64,000 bases of DNA from Gonapodya sp. JEL0774 (Eukaryota). The position numbers and the translations under genes were made by a program. Positions 23,793-34,625 of the stretch are shown here, piece by piece. Position 1 is the stretch's first letter. Each line of letters opens with the position of its first letter. Under the pieces are notes generated by a model. The model had not been told where the DNA came from, ran no database searches, and saw only the letters and a list, made by a program, of their open reading frames with translations. Location: positions 124,001-188,000 of the forward strand of contig JADIIX010000011.1 of NCBI GenBank assembly GCA_027604505.1, read 5' to 3'.

Positions 23793-26700
23793 TCAAAATG
23801 CTCCTCCCCGGCCTCCCCAACCTGGAGGACCTGCCTCTATGCCCCTGCGCGGCGGGCCCGCATTTCCGACTGGAGGATGTCTCCCATAGCCCTGTTGGCT
23901 TAAATCCTCCAGACCTTGACCTTGTGGCATCACTGCAGGCTGCCCAACCATCATGCCAGGGGCCCCAGCCATCATGCCCGAGTTCATATGCATGTGCTGT
24001 TGTCGACCACCACTAACACCCATTGACATTTCCTCACCGTCAGAGTCAGAGTCTGTCCCGCTGGAGCCACTTTCCTCCTCCTCAGATCCGGCATTACCTG
24101 CAGGTCGGAAATCTGGCACACCGTACTGGCCGCCCACCTGCCAGCCCGCCCCGCGACCGTATCCCTGGTGGGCACCTGCATTTGGATCCATGGTCCATTC
24201 CTCCCCCATACCGGGTTGCCCACTCGCTCCCCATACATAGCCGTCCTGCGAACTCCCGGCGTTGTATTCTCCCGCTCTGGGTCCGTAACCCATGTTTTGG
24301 TTGTTAAACCCGGCCTGGCCGGGATCCATTCCCGCACCCATGCCTTTGCCATTGCGTCGTCGCCGACGTTTGCCTCCCTTCTTCCTTTTCCCACCATCTA
24401 CTGCCATGCCTTCCCAGCCTTCGAGCCCTTCCACGCCAACGGTGGCAATGTACCGCAACATCAGATTAGAGACAAGTACCTGCTCGCGAAGCACGCGTCG
24501 CTGGTGGGCAAGTTTGAAGTGAGAGAGGCGATACAGGTGAGGCAAATACGGTGCTGGGATAGGTGGGTGCCAAGGCGGCGGCGGCAGTGCTAGTTGCAGC
24601 GGAGGGGGTGCTTCCGGAGAGGGCAAGGTGTCGGCCTGAGACTTCTTGCCTTTAAACACGTTAGCAATTGCCGAGAAGAGGGAGCGCTTCGAGCTGGAGC
24701 TTTTGGAGCTGGTCGAGAATGTTGGACTGGTGGCCCGCGGGCCGCTGGTTGGCATGATGGGTTCATCGTCGGGATCGGTCATTCCAATGTTCGAAACTGT
24801 ACCATATGCAGACTGAAATTTCGAAATCGTCGACGACGTAACGTTAAGATAAAAATGACACTTATGGCCTCTTCGCAAAACTCACGTCAATGCGAGGGGG
24901 TTCTCCACTCCTCCCGCCATTCCATTCCGCGGCTTGAGCTGCATCCCTGGCACCAACCTGAGGTCCATACCCCGGAGGATGTCCTTGTCCCGTTTGAGTA
25001 ACTGTAGACATGGCCTTTTCTTCCATGATAGACGGCGGTGTTACAGGGGACATCGTTCCAGCTCCATAGAGTGACGCCGAGCGCGGCTCAATATGCGATG
25101 GATGCTCCCCATTGGACTCGTACATACCATCGTAGTCGCGGTCTCGTTGGCCAATAGGAGGCGGCGTTGATGTCAGATATTCTCTGGGCGTACTACCATT
25201 GGCCTGAGGCGAAGACCCGAAACCGGCGATCCTCTGGTCCCCACCGTCCGACTTTCGTTTGGCCATACCCGTAGCATCGAAGAGCCTTGAAACGACTGAC
25301 GGCGACACACCACCTGTGTCACTATGGTGGCTGTCCCTCTTCCTATCTCCCACCTGTGTCACCGGCTCCAGATCCGAATCCTGGTCTTTCTCTTTTCCAA
25401 ACAGCTTTCCGAAAAAGCCAACCTTCGTTCTCTTTTTCCGACTTGAGTCGGATGGTGACCTCGTCAGGGGCCTATCCTGCTGCCGCTCGTCCGATGGTGT
25501 GCGCGAGTAGTCCGGACGGTGGTTTCCAATATCTCTCCCGTGCACGCTTATCTCTCTCGGATCCTGTTGGTACGAATGGTCCCTGTGCTGCCCATACTGC
25601 TGGCCAAATTGCTGTTGTTGATGTCCTGCCGACGCGTACTCGGCAATCCCCGCACCTCGAGGGATCGCGGAGTGGATCCTCGGAGGAGGAGCAGAACTTC
25701 CCAAACTCATTCCGGCAGCAGCACCCGAGCCACCAGTGACTTCGTAACTGTTGTGGTAAATGGTCTCTTCATAGCGCTGCTGGTATTGAGGACTGAGGGA
25801 AACCGCCGAGTCTCTGCCGTTCAAATCCACTCCTCCCGCGAGGCCTTCATCATGCGACTTGGCAAACTGCATAGCAGTTTCACGAAGCTGATCCATCTCT
25901 CCATCGCGCTCTCGTTCTCGTTCGATATCCACTTGTCGCTGTTTTTGCCTCTCTCGGTCTCGGTCCTTTTCTCTCTCCCACTCCCTCTCCCTCTCTGTCT
26001 CCCTCTCCCTCTCCCTCTCCCTCTCCCGCTCCCGCTCCACTTCCCTATCTCGCTCAGCCTCTTCTTCTTTTCTCTTCCGCTCCCTCATCTTCTCTCGTTC
26101 CACGTCAACAATTTCTGCGTCTCTCCTCCTCTGCCTCTCTCGCTCCCTTTCAGCTTCGCGTTCTCTGTCTTTGGCTGCTCCAGCGGCAGCCATCGCCTCG
26201 AAAGCCGCCACGGGTGATGCACTGCCAATGTCTGCTCCGAATCCGGCAAGCATCTGATCTAAATCACTGAACCGTGATCGTCCACCTGCGTCGAACTCCA
26301 GATTCGTGGTTGCTGGAGCATTTGCAGCCACAGAAGGTAGAGACTGCTTCCTCTCCGTGGGAACAACACCAACCACTCTGGCAGCAGCTGCCGCGTCAGT
26401 GGATCTTCCAACCCTAGCCGACGGTTGTGGCATCTGCTGGTTTCCTCCAATTCCATTAGAGCGTGCTCCATCGTCGTCTATCCCGATATCCATTGGGCTT
26501 AACATTGCAAACCTGACGAGGTCCATATCCAAAACCTGCTGCTGCTGCGAGGCTGCGACAGGAGGGTCCTCAGTTGGCGTGGGCGTCGGCAAGGGCCTCG
26601 CTCCCCTGCCCCTACCACCAGACCCAACTTTGTACTGTTTAGTCACCACCGATCGCGGAGGGGGAGTGGGTGGCGGCGCTCCATCATCCGAAGAGTGGGC

Positions 26701-27846
26701 TGTCGCCTGAGCTTGCGAAGCGGACGACGCGGGTGAGGGTGTTTGAATGATGGGAGATGTTTGTGAAGTTTGCGTATATGGGTTGTGAATGGTGGGTGAT
26801 GTTTGTGCAGTTTGCGTATATGGGTTCACATAGGAGGGTGAGGAAACGGGAATTGCTGGCCTTCGAGAGTCATGTTGGTAGGTTTGTTGTGTGTACTGGG
26901 AGGAAAAAGGCTGTGATAAGTCGCCTGATTCAGAAGCGCCAACGTGTTCTTGGTGGGCGTGAGCAGGCTGAAACGAGGACATCGTTCCAGATCCAATATG
27001 CGCCAGGTTACCCAATCCGTGCTCCTTTGCACCCTGCGACGCTGCCGCTGCCACGTGCTCCGAAACCTGTCTGAGGGCTTTCAGATTTGCGTCCATTCCA
27101 GCAAACGCCAGCGTGTCCTCCAAAGGGAGCCCGTCAATGTCGTGGTCAGCCATTTCTGGGACTTGGGGAAGGTGGGAAAGGTTCACAGATCCAATCACAC
27201 CGGAGCCCCCGCCACTAGCGGCACTGCGTAAGCTCGTATTTCCATTCCGCTTACGCACTAAACCCTGTCTCCGACGGAGGGTTACGCTTGCAGTGTCGTC
27301 ATTGGAGTCCTCCGAATAGTTCGATGCACCCGAGGCGCGGCGGACAGGTACTGAAGCGGCGACTGGGCCATTGATGGAGTAAATGGGCGCAGAGCCCGGA
27401 GTTGGAGATGAAGGAGGTGAGTTCATGTATTGGCCCGATGATGTAGCAGATCCTGCGACATAGTAAGGGTTGTTCGAAGGGCTGAGAGAGTGGGAGAGCA
27501 GGGATTGCACGCCGCCGGCGCTAGTGGGAATGATTTGCGGTGTCGAGGGCGACGAAGATGAAGGCATGGTCGGGCTCATTGGTCGCGAGTGAGAGGATCC
27601 CGACGATCCGGAACGAACGAGAGGAGCTCCTTGCGGAGTTGATCCCGAAATTCTTCGGGAGAGTTGAACCCCGCCCGAGCCTGATCCAGATCCAGATCCC
27701 TGTCCTGCTAAAAAGCTCCCGCTATTCCCAGATCCGGACCTTTGGAGTGCGCTTGGACCGGATCCAGGGACTGGAGAAGGCGAGGAGTTCGAAATACTCG
27801 TCCGGCGTTCGTAATCTATGGTTGCTGGATCAATGATGTCCTCCAT
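23793..27846 (-). CDS. Large low-complexity protein with Zds1-type C-terminal domain (putative PP2A-Cdc55 regulator)
   Basis: LYRLSHFKLAHQRRVLREQVLVSNLMLRYIATV resembles Zds_C; 994-aa and 361-aa ORFs joined by a short intron near 24.8 kb. Confidence 0.75.
25880..26170 (-). repeat. Coding (GAGAGG)n-type microsatellite encoding an Arg-Glu repeat
   Basis: CTCTCC hexamer array on + strand; ERERERER in the Zds-domain ORF. Confidence 0.85.
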
Positions 27847-28211
27847 CTCGCCGTCACCCTTAATTACGCGCTTTGACTCTGCGTAGGATAAAGACCTGTT
27901 GAGTGTTTTACGTCGCTGAACACCCCATCGCGCAGCCGACTCGTTTGGTAATGGCGCTGCTGCAAGGATTAAGGGAGCCGATGGGGACGATGCGAGGTCA
28001 GCAGCTGCGGGCGAGGAGGAGAGAGTCGGTGAGGGTGGTGAGGACAGAGAGGAGTTTTCCGAGAGCCATCTTTGAAACTCGGAGGGATTGAGTTCTGGAT
28101 GGATGTGAGCAGGAACCCAGAGAACGGATGACCCAGTGGCGGCAGACTATACGTCGTACAGAAGAAAGGCGAATTAGTCATTGAACGTACAAGTGGTAAG
28201 GGAGACGGAGG

Positions 28212-28951
28212 ATGGCAGGGTTGGTAAGAATTTTTTAGAGAATAGAACATAACGGATGGGACATCCCAAACAACTGGGCATGGGTACCATCATCGCGCAA
28301 ATTTTAGCTCCCAGTAGTTCGCGCTCGCAGTCAGGAGAGTAAGATTGCAATCTTCAAACTTGTGTGTACCGCGGAGCGGAGCCCTTTAGGAAATGTCCCC
28401 GGGCTGGCCATGCTCCATCTCTATCGTAAGCAATCACATGGTCTGGCTTGCCATACAGTTACGTCGCCGCATAGTGTGCTTGGCGGCTGGTGTCCCCGCT
28501 CGCCGTTTCGCTTTGCAGCCACCCCATAAAGCACTTTTTCACCGTTGTTCAACAAATCGCAATCCGAGCTCGCTCACTCTCTCCCTTCAACAGCATCGTC
28601 CTCCGTTCACCACAATCGCCGTATGTCGTGCGAGCACCTCGTCCTGCCCCGTTGCCTTACGGTCACTCTAACCCACCATCTTCGATCACGTCTCCCGAGC
28701 AAGTCCTCTCTCCGCTCTTTTCCTCCGTCCAGTCCTCGTCGGTGAATCTTTGTCCGAGCGGGACTCGCAGGAGGATAAGTTCCTTGGGAAGCGGGGGCGT
28801 GAGAGGTGGAAATGTATGTTGCCCTTTCTGAGGGTGCGGGTCGTGGCTCTATTGCTTCTGGGGAGGCAGCGGCTGAAAAACATCTCACATTTTCAAATTT
28901 TGAACATCTCCTCCAGTCACATATCGCGGGGCTTACATGCAAGCAATTTGA
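28212..28951 (+). other. Unannotated multi-intron transcription unit: spliced structured ncRNA (RNase MRP-like motifs) or 73-aa microprotein
   Basis: Five consecutive canonical introns: 28224-28307, 28339-28389, 28426-28593, 28621-28732, 28814-28916, all with GTAAG/GTATG donors and YAG acceptors; CTCAC branch motifs at 28573 and 28884. GAAATGTCCCCGGG at 28390 and CGGGGCTTAC at 28927. Confidence 0.55.
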
Positions 28952-29449
28952 TATGCGGAGTTGAAGCGCTGGGCTGGAGCAGATACTACTGCATTATTTC
29001 AGTGCGCATAACTTTTGTCCTTTTTTCCCCCCGTCTTGTTCAGATTCAATGACGATACAAAACAGCAGCAACGATGAAAATTGTAGGCTTTAGTGCTCCT
29101 TGCAGGAAATCAATGCCCTTCGGTGTTCGGTAGGGAGTACGCGGCTTCTGTTAGCACCAGATGATGTAACACATGCATGGGATATGCCAGGATACACCGG
29201 CATCGACGAACAGCAAAAAAAATGCCAATATATAATTCAACTGGAGTGTAGCCTGACAAACTAAATTCACTGCAAATGCTTGTATCTTCATCGTGGAAAC
29301 TCGATCCAATAACATCAGAAAGCACTTTTCACGTACTACTAATGCGTTGTCGCCTTCACGGAGCCACATGTCCGTTTGGAGTGCTGTGTGCTGGTTCATT
29401 GGTGGGGCAAATCTCATCTCACGCAGTGCGACATAAAGTAGTTTTTCAA

Positions 29450-31660
29450 ATGTCCACGGATGCCCCTCGCTACTCCTTCGAATCAGGTATTACCGAACTC
29501 GCATCAAGATTCTCGTATACCGGCCCTCAGGTTCTTCCGTCCGGACTTTTGATTATCGACTTTGATGGTGTGCGTGTCTGAAATCTGGCTGCTTCTTGCA
29601 ACCAAACAAAATTCCATACCGGGATGTTCTGCCGGCCTTCTCCCGAAATTGAAATCAGGCTCGGGAAGCAGGCTTCAACGTGGCCGTGGTTCTCGACATT
29701 TGAAGGGAAATTAACCCGCACACCAAATATATGCATAGACACTCTTCCGCTCCCCACTTCCCTCGCCGTCGATCTTCCACCCAACCCTTCTAGGATCGCT
29801 ACTCTCTGAGCTCTGGTTCGCCCATCCGGGTTCTCTCTCGCCGCCGCTTGTACCGCTGTTGCCAGGCCCAGAGTGGTTTGATGAGATCGTGGTGCAGGCG
29901 GTTTACCAGGCAAAGTCTAGAGGAGACGTTGTTGTTCTCATGACTGGACGGAGAGACTTCATGCAGGAGCGTGTCGAGGTGGGTGATCGTGTTCAATCCT
30001 CACTCCGTAGCACATCACTATTGATAACTCCACACACCACCACTCAGCAAATCTTATCCTCCTTTCAACCTGCACTTCCCTTTGATCTTGTCATTCTTCG
30101 TGAAGCACACGATAAAAGCGCGCCTGGTTACTTGGGGACGACTCTCGAATACAAGATCAAGGTAAGGTGTGTTTGTGGACCATCGATGCAGCACTTTCTT
30201 GTTGAGAGGATTGAAGATTTGAGATAATGTAACGGAAGAAAGTTTGGTTCGTGAAAAGCTCATCCAGACACCACAGAAGGTTGAGAAACTCGGCGGTGTC
30301 TGACAACATGTCGTTTCCAGTTCGTTGGTTCATTCTTGTTGTGTTAATCAATCGTCATCAGGTTGTCCACACGTTTCTCCGTCACTTCCCCTCTGTTAGG
30401 CACGTCACGATGTACGATGATCGACCCCGCCATTGCTCGCGATTCGAGTCTGAACTTCATTCCCTGACCATTGGGAAACCCTTACCGAATGTGAAACGGA
30501 AGGGTGGCAGCACAGGGAACTCGGCTGCTGCTTTGAGAACAACGGTGACAGACGTCGTGCCGACGAATTCACGATTGGATAGTTACAAGGTCCACACTAT
30601 TACTCATGACCCACGCTCCGCCGTGCCTGTTGACTCCGCAGACGAAATTGCCTTGGTACAGCGCATGGTTAATCAGATGCAGAAGCCGCCTAATTCTACG
30701 ACATCTCCAACTGCACTTTCAAGCAACTCGCCTGACGGCTTTTCTCCACTTGTCCCTCTTACTCTTTTTGTGTCTCTTAGACCTGTACCTGAATCGCTTG
30801 CTGTCCTCCGAAAAATGGCACCGCCAATGGAACCTGGGTGGACAACGGAGCCAGGTGACGTTGTATTGCAGATGGGAGGAGGGTTAGAACAAGATGATAT
30901 TGATAGCGAAGTCGACTTGAACGCTGAAGCATCAGAAGGAGTTTGGGATTTCTCGCGGATGAAGACAGGCACAGAAGTGGTCACGAGGATTGCTGGGTGG
31001 GTGACAGTACCGAAAAAGGTTGTGGTTGCGGTCCTTGCTCTGGACCGCACCGCCCTTGACCAACCCACGCATCCACCAGCAACTTCCACGATCGCCGTCC
31101 CCGACATCACACCTGCTACTGCACCACCGGATGCGATGACTCAAAAGCCACGAGAATCAATTTACCTGCTCTCGCCTATTTCCGCGTGTAGATCTCATGG
31201 CGCCCGTGTGTCTAAGGAACTGGCCAGACTACGAACCCACTTAAGAACATTGGTTGAACCCAAAGAACCCTCTTGTGTGGTTGATGTGAGTATCAACACT
31301 GTTTCTCTGACCGCAACGACTTTGGACGTGGTCTTCACCAAAGTGGAGCAAAGTGTGGACGTGTTCACCACGGTGCACAGAGAAACACGTTTGGGTCTTC
31401 CTTACACCAATCCCGCCAAGCCCGTATCCCTTACCCTCGCTACCAAGACACCGCCGATGCTTAGCGTCGGCGCCCTGATCTTGAGTATCGCAGGGGAGAT
31501 CGGCGTGGTAGTGAAGGGACGGGATGTAGGAGCGGTGAAGAAAGGAGTGGTAGACTGGATGATAAAAGAAGGACTGGAGGGGCGTATGGAAGATGAGGAG
31601 AGGGTGAGGGCCATGGTGCGAATGATGTTGGGTCAGACCAGGATTGGAAGAACAAATTGA
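29450..31660 (+). CDS. HAD-superfamily protein, Swiss Army Knife RNA-repair-like (HAD_SAK_1 type)
   Basis: LLIIDFD(D)TLFRSP, WFDEIVV, VVVLMTGR, FDLVILRE, TLEYK, VTMYDDRPRH form HAD motifs I-IV across exons. Confidence 0.75.
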
Positions 31661-32164
31661 TCAAGACGCTGGGTGGTATTGTTCTTGCATTGAGGGATGT
31701 AATTCTGAGTGCTTTTGAACGATCGCCCCCCCGTGTTGAAGTCGGCAGTACATTGTGTTGTTAGAGATGGTTTCGAAAGTTATAACTGCACCTACTGCTC
31801 TACGGCGGAACTTCTAAGAAGCTTGTGTGAGTTTGTCCCCATTTTTGCTCGTCGGCGAACTGGGAAGGGGAACTCAACGAGCAATTGGGAAACGGAGAGG
31901 AGACCGTCTTGACTGCGCAGAATGCAGATAATCCACAAAGAAGATTATCTAGTTTGGCCGGAACTTCTGATATAAATTACCACAAAGTTTTGTTTGTGTC
32001 GTTCATTGTATCGTATGGATATATGTCGCCGATATTTTGTGTGTATGCGGAATGCGGGCCGGTGTGAGTGCCTCCCGTCCTCACCTTGACCAACCCATCA
32101 GTCGATCTCTGCCTAACAGAATAAGTTTAATCCAACTCATTCAATCCAGAAAACCAACATTCTC

Positions 32165-34505
32165 ATGGCATCTGCAGCAACTGAGTCTAAGCCAGCGCCA
32201 GTAGAGACTGAGGATTTCGGAAAGAAACCAAAGACGCAGACACTGCCTGCGTCGTGGTTCACCAATCCAGAAGTGTTTGAGCTGGAGCGGAGAGGTGAGC
32301 AACGCGAGCAGGTCAAATGGATTCTCGATAATCGAATACAATGGACATACTCGATCGTCGCCGCTGGTTTCTTGACCGGCCTGATTCGTAAATGCGTTGC
32401 ATGCGGGGTGGGCCGTCTTGAGTGTGACCACCTGTCTAATGAATTACAAAAATTGCCAGGCCTGTTCACCAAAACATGGCTCTACATCTGCCACTCGACC
32501 TACTTCAAAAAGGCCGGTGACTACAAACTCTTCACTGTGGCCACGTTCCCAGTGTTCTTGGTCATGGGAAAAGATGGCCAGATTAGAGGATTCCACAATG
32601 TGTGTAGGCATAGAGCTTACCCAGTAATCAAAAAGGAAACTGGATCGTCTACTGTGCTGGGATGCCGTTATCACGGTGAGTGCAGGGAAGGCGCATTTGA
32701 TTGGTGTTGCGAGGACTACTGTGATCCACCGTTAAACCCCACCTGAATGGATTGGGAATTTATAATTCAACTCAAGGGTGGTCATACGACACCCTCGGCA
32801 ACGTAAGTACATAATTCTCTCCCTTATTGGTCACTCCATTGATTAAACCCTCGGTTACTCTTCCAGCTCGTCAAAGCCCCCTCCTTCGATGACGTACCCG
32901 GCTTCAAGAAGGAAGACAATAGTCTATATCCAATTCACGTACACGTTGCTCCAGGTGGACTTATATTTGTCAACTTGGAGGCAAAGGAGACTCCGAGCGT
33001 TTCGTTCCAAGAACACTTTGGCAAAATGGAGGAGAGGCTCAAGGAGGTTGATTTTGACAAGTTCGAGTTCAGGGAAACGTTTACCATGCAAGGGAAATTC
33101 AACTGGAAGACGTTGATGGACGGATGTGGGTTGAATTGGGGTCGCTTGAAGCTGTATCTTGGAGAATGATTTTCCTGTCCTTTGTACCCTCTCACTTTCA
33201 TTCAGACCAAGTGAGTGGACTGTGGGGGATTGTGTAAACTCCTATCCGTCGTAGTCTGTTTTCCGAAGGATCTACTACTTTGGTTGATTTTCGCTGAGCA
33301 GACGTGATTGCGGGTGGTTGCCCACTTTCGTTCAGCGTTCGACAACGCGGTACTAATCATTCCATTCAATCTCTCGGTGTATCGACATAATCCCCGTAGG
33401 AGGTAAGCCTTCTACCATTCAATAATCATTTTGATGTTGCGCCATTGATGACGTCCTCACCTCCTCACCCTTTATCTGACAGTGCTACCACTGCCCTGTC
33501 GCCCACCCTGGTCTCGCCCGCGACTTCAATATCTCCACCTACCGCGTCGATCCATACGACCATTACTGTATCCACTCTGTGAGTCATAGAATGGCAAGGT
33601 TTGAGAGTAGTCAACCGAGTTAAATTTCTTCATTTGCTATGTTTTCATTCAAATCCAACAGTGTCAGCGAAAGGACGCGTCCGAAATTAAAAAGACTGCT
33701 GATGCGGAATTTACGGGAAATGCAAATGGGCTCTGGATGTGTGAGTGCTTGGTGTAATCCTGGAGTTCCGAAGACCACGACTCATGATCTCCATCGCGAT
33801 CTCTCTTTCATTGGCAGACGTCTTCCCCAACGTGGGCATCAACGTATACAGTACCAGGTGCGTCAGACGAATCTTTTCCATTCCGATCGATATCCTGATT
33901 CAGTATGAAATACTGAATTCATGTAGCTGGTACTCGATCCGTGTCAACCCCCTTTCAGCCGGTGAAACCATACTAGAGTATGAAGTTTTCGTTGACAAGA
34001 GCTCCACTGAGCAGGAGAAGGTGGACTTTGTGAAATTCTTGTGGGTTGTCTGATTGCAAGTGATTTTCAAGCGAGAAGTACATCTCATGCTCATTTGTGA
34101 TCTCACAACGTCTGTAGGAAACAACTGGAACTGGAGGATTTCGATCTTTGCGTAGCAACTCAAGCGAACTTGGAGAAGGTGAGTACACATTTGAACGGTG
34201 GAAATCAGTGCATTTACGGACCATGTTTGATCACCAGGGCATCTACCATGAGGGTGTCCTCCACGACTTCCGTGAGAAGGGAGTTCTGTACTATCAGGGA
34301 GAGGTAGGCTAAAATTCTGAACCTCGTTCTGTTTTAAACAAATGAAATTTGGTGTCGGTTCCTGTAGGTCCGCCGAATGCTCGAGGAACACGCAGCTCTT
34401 GAAAAGAAAGCAGGCCGCAAAATACTCAGCGCTTCGTGGGCTCCTGCGGAAGTTGACGAGATTGCCTGTGGCGGGGCGTGTGAACCGGCTGAGCTCAAAT
34501 GGTAA
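32165..34505 (+). CDS. Rieske non-heme iron oxygenase alpha subunit (choline/carnitine monooxygenase-like), many small exons
   Basis: Rieske motif FHNVCRHRA...CRYHGWSYD; iron site [22 protein letters not shown] after microexon splicing; ELEDFDLCVATQANL. Confidence 0.9.
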
Positions 34506-34625
34506 AGCCAGTGGTGAAATTATGTTCTATCCCTTCCTTTTCGTGCGTTTTTTTTGTAGCAAAGTTGTAGCAAAATTTGAATTAAGTATGGTGCTTCAAA
34601 TACGAGATTGTGTTATCAATTACTG

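Noticed and set aside
25519..26217. Long antisense ORFs (e.g. 25519..26217 +, 50145..50936 -, 35983..36624 +)
   Set aside because: Shadows of real genes or GA-repeats on the opposite strand; no recognisable motifs.
28099..28223. Short frame with an in-frame TGA (28129) as a possible selenoprotein
   Set aside because: No redox motif, no recognisable selenoprotein family and no SECIS-like element identified.
28667..28673. CTAACCC as a telomerase RNA template
   Set aside because: Only 7 nt, expected by chance, and better explained as a CTAAC branch-like motif inside a predicted intron.
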